IMG/VR virus record: IMGVR_UViG_3300036840_000070
Span: 1-62,781 of that record
DNA length: 62,781 bases
DNA from: a virus
Lineage: Duplodnaviria; Caudoviricetes
Direction: 5' to 3' (one strand)
Shown: positions 55,625-62,781 of the stretch, in pieces
Layout of the letters: each line of letters begins with the position of its first letter
Numbering within the stretch: the first letter of the stretch is position 1
Translations under genes and position numbers: made by a program
The notes under the pieces: generated by a model
Database searches by the model: none
The model's input: the letters and a program-made list of their open reading frames with translations, nothing else
What the model was told of the DNA's origin: nothing

Positions 55625-56179
55625 GTGCTGGTCTTCGGGATCGATCCGGGTTACGCGCAGGTGGGCGTGGCGCTGGTGGACTACGGGCGCAGCTCCACGC
55701 GCGTGGTGTACAGCGAGACGCTGCGCACCACCACGAAGCTGACGGCCGATGACCGGATCGATTTCTTCGTGGACCGCTTCTGTGAGCTCGTCGAACGGTA
55801 CGAGCCCGCGGTCATCGGCTATGAGAATCAGGCGGGCGTGGTGACGGGCATCGCGCGCCGCGCGCGGGAGGAGGGTGAGCACACGGGCATGAGCGCAGCG
55901 GCGCGCCGCGTGCTCGAGGTCTGCGGCGCCATCCGCGCCACCGCGCGCTTCTACGCGCTGCCGTGCTACGTGCTGGCGCCGTCCACGATCAAGGTGGCGC
56001 TGCTGGGCAAGGGCGCAGGCCACGCGCCGAAGGAGCGGATGCGCGAAGGCGCGCGCCGCATCTTCCACGTGGAGGGCAGCGAACACGTCGCTGACGCGGT
56101 GGCGGTGACGATCGCCACCGTACGCCGGCACCGCATGGAGCTGGCATCGGTGCGGCGCGCGGGCGCGCTGATCCGTTGA
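55625..56179 (+). CDS. ruvC: RuvC-like Holliday junction resolvase
   Basis: GIDPG, E, P..IK....GKG...KE, H.ADAVAV. Confidence 0.9.
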   Translation: MLVFGIDPGYAQVGVALVDYGRSSTRVVYSETLRTTTKLTADDRIDFFVDRFCELVERYEPAVIGYENQAGVVTGIARRAREEGEHTGMSAAARRVLEVCGAIRATARFYALPCYVLAPSTIKVALLGKGAGHAPKERMREGARRIFHVEGSEHVADAVAVTIATVRRHRMELASVRRAGALIR

Positions 56180-56211
56180 CGGCCCTGCGCTGAGCCGTCA
56201 CGCTCGGCGGC

Positions 56212-56457
56212 ATGAGCCAATCCAACCAACCCGAGTTAGACCAAACCAAGATCGACACCCTCGTGGAGGCGCTCGATGCGCTGCCGCAGGTGCCCGGCTG
56301 GGAGGGCGTGAGGCAGAACGCATCCGTCGGCTACTACCAGACGGTGCCCGCCAACAACCTGGCGCTGGACATCCGCGGGCTGACCTTCGAAGAGCAGCAG
56401 CACACGGATGCCGCCGAGGCCCTCGCGGTGCGCGCCGCGAATGGCGAATTCAGCTGA
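56212..56457 (+). CDS. Hypothetical protein, paralog of the next gene
   Basis: LP.VPG..G.R.NA..YY.T.P...RGL.F...R...GEF. Confidence 0.7.
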   Translation: MSQSNQPELDQTKIDTLVEALDALPQVPGWEGVRQNASVGYYQTVPANNLALDIRGLTFEEQQHTDAAEALAVRAANGEFS

Positions 56458-56474
56458 CCGTGGCATCATCGGGC

Positions 56475-56825
56475 ATGGCAAATCATCCACCCGATCAACC
56501 GAACACCGAGGGCACGCCCGCTGATAAGCCCGCGCCCGATCACGTCACCGGCACCGCGCCCGAGGAGATCGCGAAGACATCGCACCTGCAGCCGTCAGCG
56601 AACAGCGCGGCGGGCGCTGCGCTGCAGGCAGCGATCAGCGGGCTGCCCGCGGTGCCCGGCACCGATGGCCTGCGCGCAAACGCGAACTACTACGCCACCG
56701 CGCCGCGCGAGGAGCTGCTCAGCGTGCTGCGCGGGCTGAAGTTCCCGGGCAACGAAGCCGCCGAGAAAACACGCGATGACCTGGTGCGCCGCGTGGAAGG
56801 TGGCGAATTCGGCAGCACCAAATAG
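56475..56825 (+). CDS. Hypothetical protein, paralog of the previous gene
   Basis: Same motif plus a disordered N-terminus. Confidence 0.7.
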   Translation: MANHPPDQPNTEGTPADKPAPDHVTGTAPEEIAKTSHLQPSANSAAGAALQAAISGLPAVPGTDGLRANANYYATAPREELLSVLRGLKFPGNEAAEKTRDDLVRRVEGGEFGSTK

Positions 56826-56907
56826 GTGACGGCCCGGGTGAACCGCCAAGCACACCCGGGCCATCGTGGCCGCCACAGTCGCGAAGCACCGTAACGGAGG
56901 CGGCCGT
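56820..56907 (-). ncRNA. Candidate trans-acting antisense sRNA
   Basis: TAGAAC at 56918-56913; three hairpins; carries GGUGCUUC and loop UUGGCGGUU complementary to the repeated leaders; ends approximate. Confidence 0.55.
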
Positions 56908-56928
56908 TGTTTGTTCTAGCGGGTGGGC

Positions 56929-57129
56929 TCAGCCTTCGCCATCGCCCTCAGCGTTCGTGCAGTCACCATCGCGGTGGGGCTCGGCGTAACGCTGGGCGTG
57001 GCACCAGCACCGGCACCACGGGCTGGGTGATGGGCAGCACGCGGGCTCACAGCGATTGCTGCAGTGCTGGGCGCAGGTGCAGATGCCGAGGTTCAGCGGC
57101 TGCCCGTCAGGCGTGAGCACGTCAGCCAC
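56929..57129 (-). CDS. Very Cys-rich small protein
   Basis: 11 Cys in 66 aa; last gene of the leftward array. Confidence 0.5.
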   Translation of the reverse strand: MADVLTPDGQPLNLGICTCAQHCSNRCEPACCPSPSPWCRCWCHAQRYAEPHRDGDCTNAEGDGEG

Positions 57130-57340
57130 GCGCCACCGCCTCGCGTAGCGCCTCAGGCGCGTGCTCCGGGCAGCGCGCGTGTAGGGCCTGCCAGTCGATC
57201 ACGGGCAGCAGCACCACCCAGCCCGGGGGCAGCGCGAGCCAGACTGCCGAGGGCGCGCCGCCGAAGTCAGCCGTGTGCACGTGCGCCGGCGCGGTGGCGC
57301 GGCAGAGCGCGCAGCGCAGGGTCAGCCTTTCGGTGCTCAT
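57122..57340 (-). CDS. Small Cys/His protein
   Basis: CALC...P.GW...CPEH; ATGA overlap. Confidence 0.6.
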   Translation of the reverse strand: MSTERLTLRCALCRATAPAHVHTADFGGAPSAVWLALPPGWVVLLPVIDWQALHARCPEHAPEALREAVARG

Positions 57341-58257
57341 CGACACGCCTCGTTGACCAGCGGCCACAGCCGGTCGCGATCGGGCCAGTCCATGGCCCAT
57401 GCGATGAGCTCCCGCGCGAAGGGGCGGCACTGGGGCTGCAGTGCGGGGAGCAGGGCGTGCACCGCGGCGAGGGCACCGTCGCGCCCATCGTCATCGCCCG
57501 CCGCGTACAGCTGCCAGCACGCAGCGATCGCTTCGAGAGCCAGCTTATCCTGCCCCGTGAGCGCGGCCAGCTTCGGCATCGGGCCGAAGCGCGGCGCGGG
57601 CCAGCCATCAGCCTGAAGGCCACGCAGCCAGGTGAGTGGCTTCATCGCCGGGCCTTCTTCTTCGCGCGGTTCGCACGGTGCAGTTTGTTGCGTGCAACAT
57701 ACTCGGCCGCGTGCGTGGGGCAAACCGTGAGCACGCGGCCTCGCCTCACGGCGGCGGGGCGCGCGCAGACCACGCAGCGCTTCCGCTTCTTTAGCGCGGG
57801 GCTCGATGCGCTGCCAGTCGCGCGTGATGTCGCGATCGTGATCGCCCGGGTGCGCAGCGTACTGCCCGACTGCGCCGGTGCCCGTCTCATCGCAACCCCA
57901 GAAGGATCCATCGGGGGCCACGTAGCATCCCAGGTCATCCGTCTGCCGCCGCCATGTGTGATAGTAGCCACCGCTCGTGGGTACGTCTTCGGTGGCGTGG
58001 CGCTGCACGATCGCCAGCCGCGGGGCAGCGTGCCCGTAGTGCAGCTCCGCCTTCGGCGGGTATGAGTTGTCGTAGTGCCCCGCTTCATCGGTGATGCTGG
58101 TGGCGCGGCGCTTGAACACCTCGGGCTGCCGCACCGCCAGGATGCGGGCCATCGCGCGGCACAGGCGCAGCAGGCGCTCGCATTCGGCAGCGTTATCGTT
58201 CTCGGCCTGCGCGGCCAGGGCCTCGAGCTGTTCGATCGTGATGGTGGTGGTGGTCAC
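57337..58257 (-). CDS. Apparent fusion ORF; internal gene starts at 57645
   Basis: AAGGGA RBS at 58257; ATGA overlap at 57642-57645 with a different-frame remnant. Confidence 0.5.
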   Translation of the reverse strand: MTTTTITIEQLEALAAQAENDNAAECERLLRLCRAMARILAVRQPEVFKRRATSITDEAGHYDNSYPPKAELHYGHAAPRLAIVQRHATEDVPTSGGYYHTWRRQTDDLGCYVAPDGSFWGCDETGTGAVGQYAAHPGDHDRDITRDWQRIEPRAKEAEALRGLRAPRRREARPRAHGLPHARGRVCCTQQTAPCEPREEEGPAMKPLTWLRGLQADGWPAPRFGPMPKLAALTGQDKLALEAIAACWQLYAAGDDDGRDGALAAVHALLPALQPQCRPFARELIAWAMDWPDRDRLWPLVNEACR

Positions 58258-58285
58258 TTTGTTTGATCCCTTTCGTGGTCTTCGT

Positions 58286-58702
58286 TCAGCCGGCGCACGC
58301 CGGGCACAGGTCAATCACGCGCAGCGCACGCACGCCGCGCATCTGCCAGTCGCGGCGCCCCGCGATGTCATCGGTGGACCGCGCGCCGCAGTGATCGCAC
58401 GTGCGCACCTCCTCCATGCCCGCGGGCAGCAGCGCGCCCAGCGCAGGCGCGGGCTTGCTCACGGGCGTGACGCGGTCGAGCTCAGCGAAGATGACGGCCA
58501 GCAGCGCGTCACCTTCGCGCGTATCCCACCAGCTGTCGGCCTCACTGGCGAAGGCCTCCTTCGGCATGCGGGCCACGATCGGCTGCACGCGCGCGAACGC
58601 GTCGGGGCTGTGGAACTTCAGCGCCGCCAGCAGGCGGGGCACCACGCTGGACGGATGCGGGTTACCGGTGCGCAGGATCAGGGCGTAGTCAGAACAGGTC
58701 AC
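58286..58702 (-). CDS. Hypothetical protein with C-terminal zinc ribbon
   Basis: CDHC...CPAC; motif leader. Confidence 0.65.
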   Translation of the reverse strand: MTCSDYALILRTGNPHPSSVVPRLLAALKFHSPDAFARVQPIVARMPKEAFASEADSWWDTREGDALLAVIFAELDRVTPVSKPAPALGALLPAGMEEVRTCDHCGARSTDDIAGRRDWQMRGVRALRVIDLCPACAG

Positions 58703-58706
58703 GGCT

Positions 58707-58756
58707 GGTGCTTCTTCCTGCGCGCGGCCCGGGGTTTGGCGGTTCGGGCAGCGCGC
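58707..58756 (-). promoter_or_regulatory. AACCGCCAA-loop hairpin plus GAAGCACC leader
   Basis: Stem gcgcgc-t-gcccg / cgggc-c-gcgcgc. Confidence 0.8.
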
Positions 58757-58796
58757 GGCTGTGGGTTGTCATGGTGGACGGACCGCGCGGGCGCGG

Positions 58797-59009
58797 CTAG
58801 AGGGGATCTTCGCGAAGGTCATCCAGGTGATCGATCCCGTACGCGCCGGGGGCCTGGCATTCGCCGTCACCGGGGCAGCCGGCTTCACGGCACGCCCAGC
58901 AGAACGCGCCGGGCAGGCCGATGGCGATTTCGAAACAGTCGCGGCAGCCGCACGGGCGGTAGCCTGAGACGGGCGCAGGGCGGGCTTTGCCGCGGGCAGG
59001 GCGGGACAT
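58797..59009 (-). CDS. Cys-rich small protein
   Basis: CGCRDC, CWAC, C..C; motif leader. Confidence 0.65.
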   Translation of the reverse strand: MSRPARGKARPAPVSGYRPCGCRDCFEIAIGLPGAFCWACREAGCPGDGECQAPGAYGIDHLDDLREDPL

Positions 59010-59011
59010 GG

Positions 59012-59051
59012 GGTGCTTCTCCGAAAGCGCGCCTGGTTGGCGGTTGGCGCG
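59012..59051 (-). promoter_or_regulatory. AACCGCCAA-loop hairpin plus GAAGCACC leader
   Basis: Stem cgcgcc / ggcgcg. Confidence 0.8.
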
Positions 59052-59122
59052 GTTGGCGGGGCCGTTCGCTGGCCACCCTGCGGCGCCCGACCCGTTGCTG
59101 GGTGAGGCGCCGCCAGGGCAGG

Positions 59123-59635
59123 TCAGCGCGCCGCGCGCCAGGCGGCGCGGAGGGCTTCGGCCTGCGCCGCCGTGCAGCGGTCCGCCACCAGGCGCTTCGC
59201 GTGAACCGCGCCGCCCGCGCCGCACAGCACCCGCAGGGCGTGCAGGGCGCGCACCAGGGAGCCCCCGGCGGTGTAGTCCATGAGCGCATACTCCACGGCT
59301 TCGCGGGCAGCGTTCACGTCCACGCGTCCGGTGAGCACGGGGCGGCCATCGCGGCGCACCACCTCAGCCACGCGGTAGTCCGCCACGCCGGCAGCGGCCT
59401 GCAGCTCGGTGAGGGCCGCCTGGTACGCGGGGCCCCGCAGCGCGTCCAGGCGCGTCCGTGCCGCCTGGCACGTGGGGCAGGCGTATTCGATGCCCGCGTG
59501 CCCGAGCCCACCGATGCCGCCGTGCGCGGCGGTGCGGCGCCAGGCTTTGCCGCTGCCGGTGCAGCCTACGATGGCTGCCCAGACATCCGGGAACGTGTTG
59601 CAAGCGCGGGGCTTCGTGGCGGTCTTCCAAGTCAT
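59123..59635 (-). CDS. Hypothetical protein
   Basis: AGGAG RBS; motif leader; own -10 box. Confidence 0.65.
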   Translation of the reverse strand: MTWKTATKPRACNTFPDVWAAIVGCTGSGKAWRRTAAHGGIGGLGHAGIEYACPTCQAARTRLDALRGPAYQAALTELQAAAGVADYRVAEVVRRDGRPVLTGRVDVNAAREAVEYALMDYTAGGSLVRALHALRVLCGAGGAVHAKRLVADRCTAAQAEALRAAWRAAR

Positions 59636-59691
59636 GGTGCTTCTCCTGCGCGCTGCGGAGTTTGGCGGTTCGCTGCGCGCCCTAGATCATA
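59636..59691 (-). promoter_or_regulatory. TATGAT -10 box, AACCGCCAA-loop hairpin and GAAGCACC leader
   Basis: Stem gcgcgc-a-gcg / cgc-a-gcgcgc. Confidence 0.8.
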
Positions 59692-59775
59692 GCTCCGAAC
59701 GGCAGGCGCGCGCCCGTCAGGTGAGCGGTTTTGCTCGCCTTTCTGGCACGCGCCGAAAGATGACGGGGGGCCCCC

Positions 59776-60366
59776 TTACCGCACCAGCTGGTCCAGCGCT
59801 TCGGCCAGCGCGTTCGCTGCGGCCTGGTGCTGCCCGGTCTCGGCAGCGTAGCGGCACGCGCGGGCCATCACCACGAAGGGCGTCAGCGGCCCATCCGTGC
59901 CGTGCCAGATCGCGCTGCGTGCCACGGCTATGGCATCGTCGGACGCGTCGTCACCGGCTGCCGCCAGGCTCACCGCCACGCGGTACTGCTCACCGCCCAG
60001 CGTCAGCACGAAGCCCGCGCCGCGCGTCAGGGTGAGCACCCGGGCCTCCTCGAGGCTCATCGCGTGGAAGTCACCGGCATCGCTGACGGCATCGATCGCA
60101 GCGTAGCGTTCGTCGTCCGTGTTGCCGGGATCCAGTAGCGTCAGCATCAGCTCCGCCATCTGCGCGGGCTTCGTGGCGGTGCGATCCGCCTGCACGGATG
60201 CGCGCAGCTTCGCGAACGCGGCATCGTCCATGGCTGCGCAGCGCGCGGCATCGAGGGCGCACAGCACCACGCCGAAGCCGGTCGCGTTGCTACGCTCATC
60301 GCTGTAGTAGTTCGGGCCTGCGCTCGTGCCGCAGATCTCACACGGGAATTCGGGGCGGGTAGTCAT
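59776..60366 (-). CDS. Hypothetical protein
   Basis: CEIC N-terminus; motif leader. Confidence 0.65.
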   Translation of the reverse strand: MTTRPEFPCEICGTSAGPNYYSDERSNATGFGVVLCALDAARCAAMDDAAFAKLRASVQADRTATKPAQMAELMLTLLDPGNTDDERYAAIDAVSDAGDFHAMSLEEARVLTLTRGAGFVLTLGGEQYRVAVSLAAAGDDASDDAIAVARSAIWHGTDGPLTPFVVMARACRYAAETGQHQAAANALAEALDQLVR

Positions 60367-60370
60367 CGGT

Positions 60371-60393
60371 GGTGCTTCCTAGGTTTGGCGGTT
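60371..60393 (-). promoter_or_regulatory. AACCGCCAAAC plus GAAGCACC leader (no strong stem)
   Basis: Both boxes 4 nt apart. Confidence 0.7.
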
Positions 60394-60461
60394 TGATGGT
60401 GGCCTGAGCGGCAACCCGACCGCCCCCGGGCATCAGCGCAGGGGCAGGCAGGCGGCGGCGC

Positions 60462-60782
60462 TCAGTCAGGGCACACGCAGCCGGCGTTCGCGGCGGCTTC
60501 GATGGCCACCTCCTCAGCGATCGCTTCGGAACCGTCACACATGCTCTCGTCATCGTGGGCGTAGCTCACCACGATCACGCCATCGCTAGGCACCACCAGG
60601 TGCAGCTCGTAGCCCAGCTCCTCGGCGGTGATGATGCGTGACAGCTCATCGGCCACGCGCTGCGTGGTGGCTTCGAGCTCGGCCTGCGTGGCTGCCGTGC
60701 AGGCTGCCGTGTGGCGCACGCGGATGGTGACGATCCCGAGGCCCGTGTTGACGTCGGCGGTGATCTTGGCGGCGGTCTTCAT
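60462..60782 (-). CDS. Acidic hypothetical protein, first gene of the leftward array
   Basis: Motif leader; own -10 box. Confidence 0.65.
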   Translation of the reverse strand: MKTAAKITADVNTGLGIVTIRVRHTAACTAATQAELEATTQRVADELSRIITAEELGYELHLVVPSDGVIVVSYAHDDESMCDGSEAIAEEVAIEAAANAGCVCPD

Positions 60783-60785
60783 GGC

Positions 60786-60849
60786 GGTGCTTCTTTCCGT
60801 GGGCCCCGCCAGGTTTGGCGGTTAGGCGGGGCTCACGAAGGACATCCTA
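60786..60849 (-). promoter_or_regulatory. TAGGAT -10 box, AACCGCCAA-loop hairpin and GAAGCACC leader
   Basis: Stem cgtg-a-gccccgcc / ggcggggc-c-cacg. Confidence 0.8.
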
Positions 60850-61075
60850 GCTCCGGGATCGGGCTGCGCCGTGCAGTGAGACCGAATCTCGGTCGCTTTC
60901 GATCCCGGTTTGAGGCGTGCCGAAAGATGGCTCCTGATCCGAGATCTGGTAGCGGGTGGCTAAAGCGGGAAGCAACGGCGCAAGGCTGGGAATGTTGAGG
61001 GCATCGGCGCAGACCACTCACACGCGCACGCGCGCGCGAATTCCCTTGCAACGCTGAGCGTGCGATAACGCTGTT

Positions 61076-62428
61076 GTGGGGCAAGCGAAGAGCAGCAAGG
61101 GCGGCGCTGCACGTGCAGCGCGTGGCAAGGGCAAGGCTGAGGGCGCGGGCAAGGGCAGCGCGCCGCCGCCATCGCTAGGGCTGGTGGAGGGCCTGGTGCC
61201 CAGCAGCGATCCCACCGCCCCTGACTTCGCCTGGTGGCCCATCGATCGCGTGAGGCCCTGGGTGCAGAACCCTCGCAAGAACGCGCGCGCGGTGCCGAAG
61301 GTAGCCGACAGCATTCGCACCTTCGGCTGGGGCAGGCCGCTCGTGGTCAACATGTGGCCCGGGTGTGAGGGTGAGCTGATCATCGGGCACACGGCGTGGC
61401 TGGCCGCGCAGGAGCTGAGCCTCGAGCGGGTGCCGGTGCGCATCCGCAAGATGGACCCTGCAGCCGCGCACGCGCTGGCGATCGCGGATAACAAGCTGGG
61501 TGAGATCAGCGACTGGGATCCCGATGAGCTCGGGCGCATCGTGGGCTCGGGTGAGATCAGCGCAGCGCACCTCGAGGTGGCGGGCTTCAGCGCGGCGGAG
61601 CTGCGCGCGCTGGACGGTCATCCGCAGATGGACGATGACGACGTGCCCGCACCGCCCGCGGTGCCCATCACGCAGCCTGGTGATCTGTGGCTGCTGGGTG
61701 AGCACCGCCTGCTCTGCGGTGACAGCACGCGCGCTGACCACGTGCAGCTGGTGCTCGCTGGCGGGCAGCCCGAGCTCATGGTGACGGATCCGCCCTATGG
61801 CGTCAGCCTGGACAGCACGTGGCGCGACGAATTCTCACCGGTGAAACAGAAGCACACGGGCAAGATCAGCAACGATACCCGGAACGATTGGACGGAGGCG
61901 TGGGCCCTCTTCAAAGGAAGCGTCGCGTACGTGTGGCACGCGGGCGTCTACGGTGCCGAGGTGGCCGCGCATCTGGCGCGCACGAAGCTGTTCGTGAGGC
62001 AGCAGATCATCTGGGCGAAGGCGGCGCTGGTCATGAGCCGCGGGAACTACCACTGGCAGCACGAGCCGTGTTGGTATGTGGTGCGCAAGGGCAGCACCGC
62101 GAATTGGATCGGTGGGCGTAAGCAGACCACGCTCTGGCAGATCCAATCGAAGGTGGGCTTCACGCAGAAGGGCAACGAGGACATGGACACCACGCACGGC
62201 TCGCAGAAGCCGCTGGAATGCATGGCCCGCCCGATCCGCAACCACCGCGGTGACGTGTACGATCCCTTCATGGGCAGCGGCACCACGCTGATCGCAGCGC
62301 AGAAGCTCGGGCGGCGGTGCTACGGGCTCGAGCTCGAGCCGGCGTATTGCGACGTGATCGTGGCGCGGTGGAAGGCGCTAACGGGCGGTGAGCCCCGGCG
62401 CATCGTGGCGGGTGAGGCTGCGGCGTGA
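61076..62428 (+). CDS. ParB-N domain fused to N4/N6 DNA methyltransferase
   Basis: NPRKN..SI..FG..P, IGH, ADNK; HRLLCGDST, TDPPY, H..QKP, DPFMGSGTT. Confidence 0.93.
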   Translation: MGQAKSSKGGAARAARGKGKAEGAGKGSAPPPSLGLVEGLVPSSDPTAPDFAWWPIDRVRPWVQNPRKNARAVPKVADSIRTFGWGRPLVVNMWPGCEGELIIGHTAWLAAQELSLERVPVRIRKMDPAAAHALAIADNKLGEISDWDPDELGRIVGSGEISAAHLEVAGFSAAELRALDGHPQMDDDDVPAPPAVPITQPGDLWLLGEHRLLCGDSTRADHVQLVLAGGQPELMVTDPPYGVSLDSTWRDEFSPVKQKHTGKISNDTRNDWTEAWALFKGSVAYVWHAGVYGAEVAAHLARTKLFVRQQIIWAKAALVMSRGNYHWQHEPCWYVVRKGSTANWIGGRKQTTLWQIQSKVGFTQKGNEDMDTTHGSQKPLECMARPIRNHRGDVYDPFMGSGTTLIAAQKLGRRCYGLELEPAYCDVIVARWKALTGGEPRRIVAGEAAA

Positions 62429-62781
62429 GTCTGAGCCAGTTTTTCTCCTACTACGGAGCGAAGCACCGGCTGTCGCGGCGCTACCCACGGCCACGCTTCG
62501 GCACCATCATCGAGCCCTTCGCGGGCAGCGCTGGGTATGCAACGCGCTATCACACGCACCGGGTGATCCTCATCGAGAAGAACCCCACCATCGCAGGGAT
62601 CTGGCGCTACTTGCTGAGCGCCAGCACGGCGGAGATCATGCGGCTGCCAGACCTCGAGCCTGGGCAGAAGGTCACGGACCTGCCCATCGCTCAGGTGGAG
62701 CGGGACCTGATCGGCATGTGGCTGCAGATGGGCACGGGTCAGCCACGGCTGCAGCGCTCGAGCTGGGCTGAGCAGCACGAA
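62425..62781 (+). CDS. Dam-like DNA adenine methyltransferase, N-terminal half (continues at base 1)
   Basis: GTGA overlap; FSYYGAK and IEPFAGSAG; 119 codons with no stop to the window end. Confidence 0.85.
   Translation, partial: MSLSQFFSYYGAKHRLSRRYPRPRFGTIIEPFAGSAGYATRYHTHRVILIEKNPTIAGIWRYLLSASTAEIMRLPDLEPGQKVTDLPIAQVERDLIGMWLQMGTGQPRLQRSSWAEQHE

Larger units (their letters stand above)
1..62781. mobile_element. Complete circular phage-plasmid genome with Mu-like myovirus morphogenesis genes
   Basis: ORF continuity across the ends; full head, tail and baseplate set; terminase; TrfA with iterons; ParA with RHH partner; no host housekeeping genes seen. Confidence 0.88.

Noticed and set aside
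56907-57116. Plus-strand ORF downstream of the 56831 hairpin
   Set aside because: TTG start, shadow-like composition, antisense to 56929-57129; not fully excluded because GGAGG precedes it
58091-59692. 533-aa plus-strand ORF and similar long Arg/Ala-rich ORFs
   Set aside because: Antisense shadows of real genes in high-GC DNA; no motifs or start signals
1511-62470. Isolated GAAGCACC matches (about 1513, 12563, 46890, 62460)
   Set aside because: Inside coding sequence with no AACCGCCAA partner; a few chance 8-mer hits are expected
1-62781. tRNA/rRNA genes and a host assignment
   Set aside because: No cloverleaf or rRNA seen by eye; high GC, a lipoprotein and a receiver gene are compatible with a myxobacterial-type host but do not establish it

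Overview
The window looks like a complete circular phage genome of about 62.8 kb with high GC. A Dam-like methyltransferase reads in frame from 62425 across the ends into 1-348. It encodes a Mu-like contractile-tail virion (DUF935 portal, F protein, protease I, capsid, sheath, tube, tape measure, baseplate) and a terminase. I recognised no transposase, integrase or CI-type repressor. It carries a TrfA-family initiator with upstream 17-bp iterons and a type Ib ParA/RHH partition locus, so it reads as a phage-plasmid, alongside a second replication module (replisome organiser with internal repeats, DnaB, RecT/YqaJ, RuvC). The strongest novel signal is a candidate RNA control system. Five consecutive leftward small genes share a leader with an AACCGCCAA box (a hairpin loop with variable stems in four) and a GAAGCACC box at the start codon. 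An ~85-nt intergenic RNA at 56820-56907 (-) carries the complements of both boxes in matching order. Other signals: five dispersed 8-bp-period GCAC arrays, three intergenic GATCCATGGATC palindromes, a GTGATAnnnT promoter family with many leaderless starts, a two-hairpin motif before the capsid and sheath genes, a receiver-domain gene in the lysis region and a phage sigma factor. All family calls are by eye; no searches were run and the host is unknown.
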